This document shows positions 63,134 to 64,000 of a stretch of DNA of 64,000 nucleotides, piece by piece. How positions within the stretch are numbered: position 1 is the first letter of the stretch; each line of letters begins with the position of its first letter. The DNA is taken from the NCBI RefSeq assembly GCF_009914755.1, contig NC_060947.1; one strand, given 5' to 3'. The DNA comes from the human T2T-CHM13v2.0 reference genome, Homo sapiens. The translations under genes were made by a program, and so were the position numbers. Below the pieces are notes generated by a model. It had not been told where the DNA came from and searched no databases. It saw nothing but the letters and a program-made list of their open reading frames with translations.

Positions 63134-63925
63134 AGCAACAGCTGATTTGTCTGGAAGACTTTGGTCAGAAGACAGTGTATGAAGAAGACAGTGAGTCCCT
63201 AGAGGAATATAAGAATATACATCATGTTAATATATTATATATAACATAAACAGCTAATTATATCTGTATGTATAGTATAAACATAAAGTACAAAAATATT
63301 TGTATATAACTATAATATAAATATATGTGTAAGATATTAGCTATTAAAATATACATATGTGTGTATGTATGTGTATATGTGTATATATAATATATACATA
63401 TATAGCATATATAATATATAATATATAGCATAATATAAAATAATATATTGTATTATATATAAGACATAATATAATATATATTATATATAAGACATAATAT
63501 AATATATATTATATATAAGACATAATATAATATATATTATATATAAGACATAATATAATATATATTATATATAATAAAATATATAGCATATATATTTGCT
63601 ATATATATATAGTATATATATAGCAACAGCTGATTTGTCTGGAAGACTTTGGTCAGAAGACACTGTATTAAGAAGACAGTGAGTCCCCAGAGGAATATAA
63701 GAATATACATCATGTTAATATATTATATATAACATAAACAGCTAATTACATCTGTACATATAGCATAAACATAAAGTACAAAAATATTTATAACTATATA
63801 TAATATAAATATATCAGTGTAAGATATTAGCTATTAAAAAATATGTGTACATAAATAGCAACTGGTGATTTGTCTGGAAGACTCTGTTCAGAAGACAGTG
63901 TATTAGGAAGACAGGCAGTCCCCTC
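63134..63925. repeat. Tandem duplication of a ~215-bp unit with AT spacer; third copy partial
   Basis: AGCAAC..TGATTTGTCTGGAAGAC..CAGAAGAC at 63134, 63622, 63857. Confidence 0.9.
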
Positions 63926-64000
63926 AGGAAGCGTGGGGCAGGTGGGATCTGGAGGTGACTCTGGGCTGCCAGAAGATGCCCCACTGCTTTGGGGCAGACA

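Overview
Primate (almost certainly human) non-coding genomic DNA. I find no credible protein-coding exon, tRNA, rRNA or CRISPR array. The supplied ORFs are Alu, L1, LTR, low-complexity or chance open frames with no coding support. Roughly 70-80 Alu copies or fragments are interleaved with L1 fragments, LTRs (MER41, THE1, LTR7, MLT1, a MER4-group LTR), DNA transposons (MER82-like, MADE1) and many compound micro- and minisatellites. Several features point to pseudoautosomal region 1 (PAR1, Xp22.33/Yp11.3): GATA/GGAT arrays, MLT1-derived tandem arrays, extreme Alu density and an Alu GATGACAGG variant. Three repeat-free, homeobox-motif-rich islands at about 10 kb, 25 kb and 39.7 kb are spaced as I recall for the SHOX downstream enhancers CNE5, CNE6 and CNE7/ECR1. 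That placement is inference and needs alignment. I see no new gene system. The most unusual signals are (i) one identical substitution, GATTACA>GATGACA, at 28 hand-counted Alu sites, which swaps a TAATCC site for a TGACAG MEIS-type site; (ii) several locally templated insertions and inverted or direct duplications; (iii) apparent homogenisation of ancient MLT1 cores; and (iv) additional candidate enhancers.
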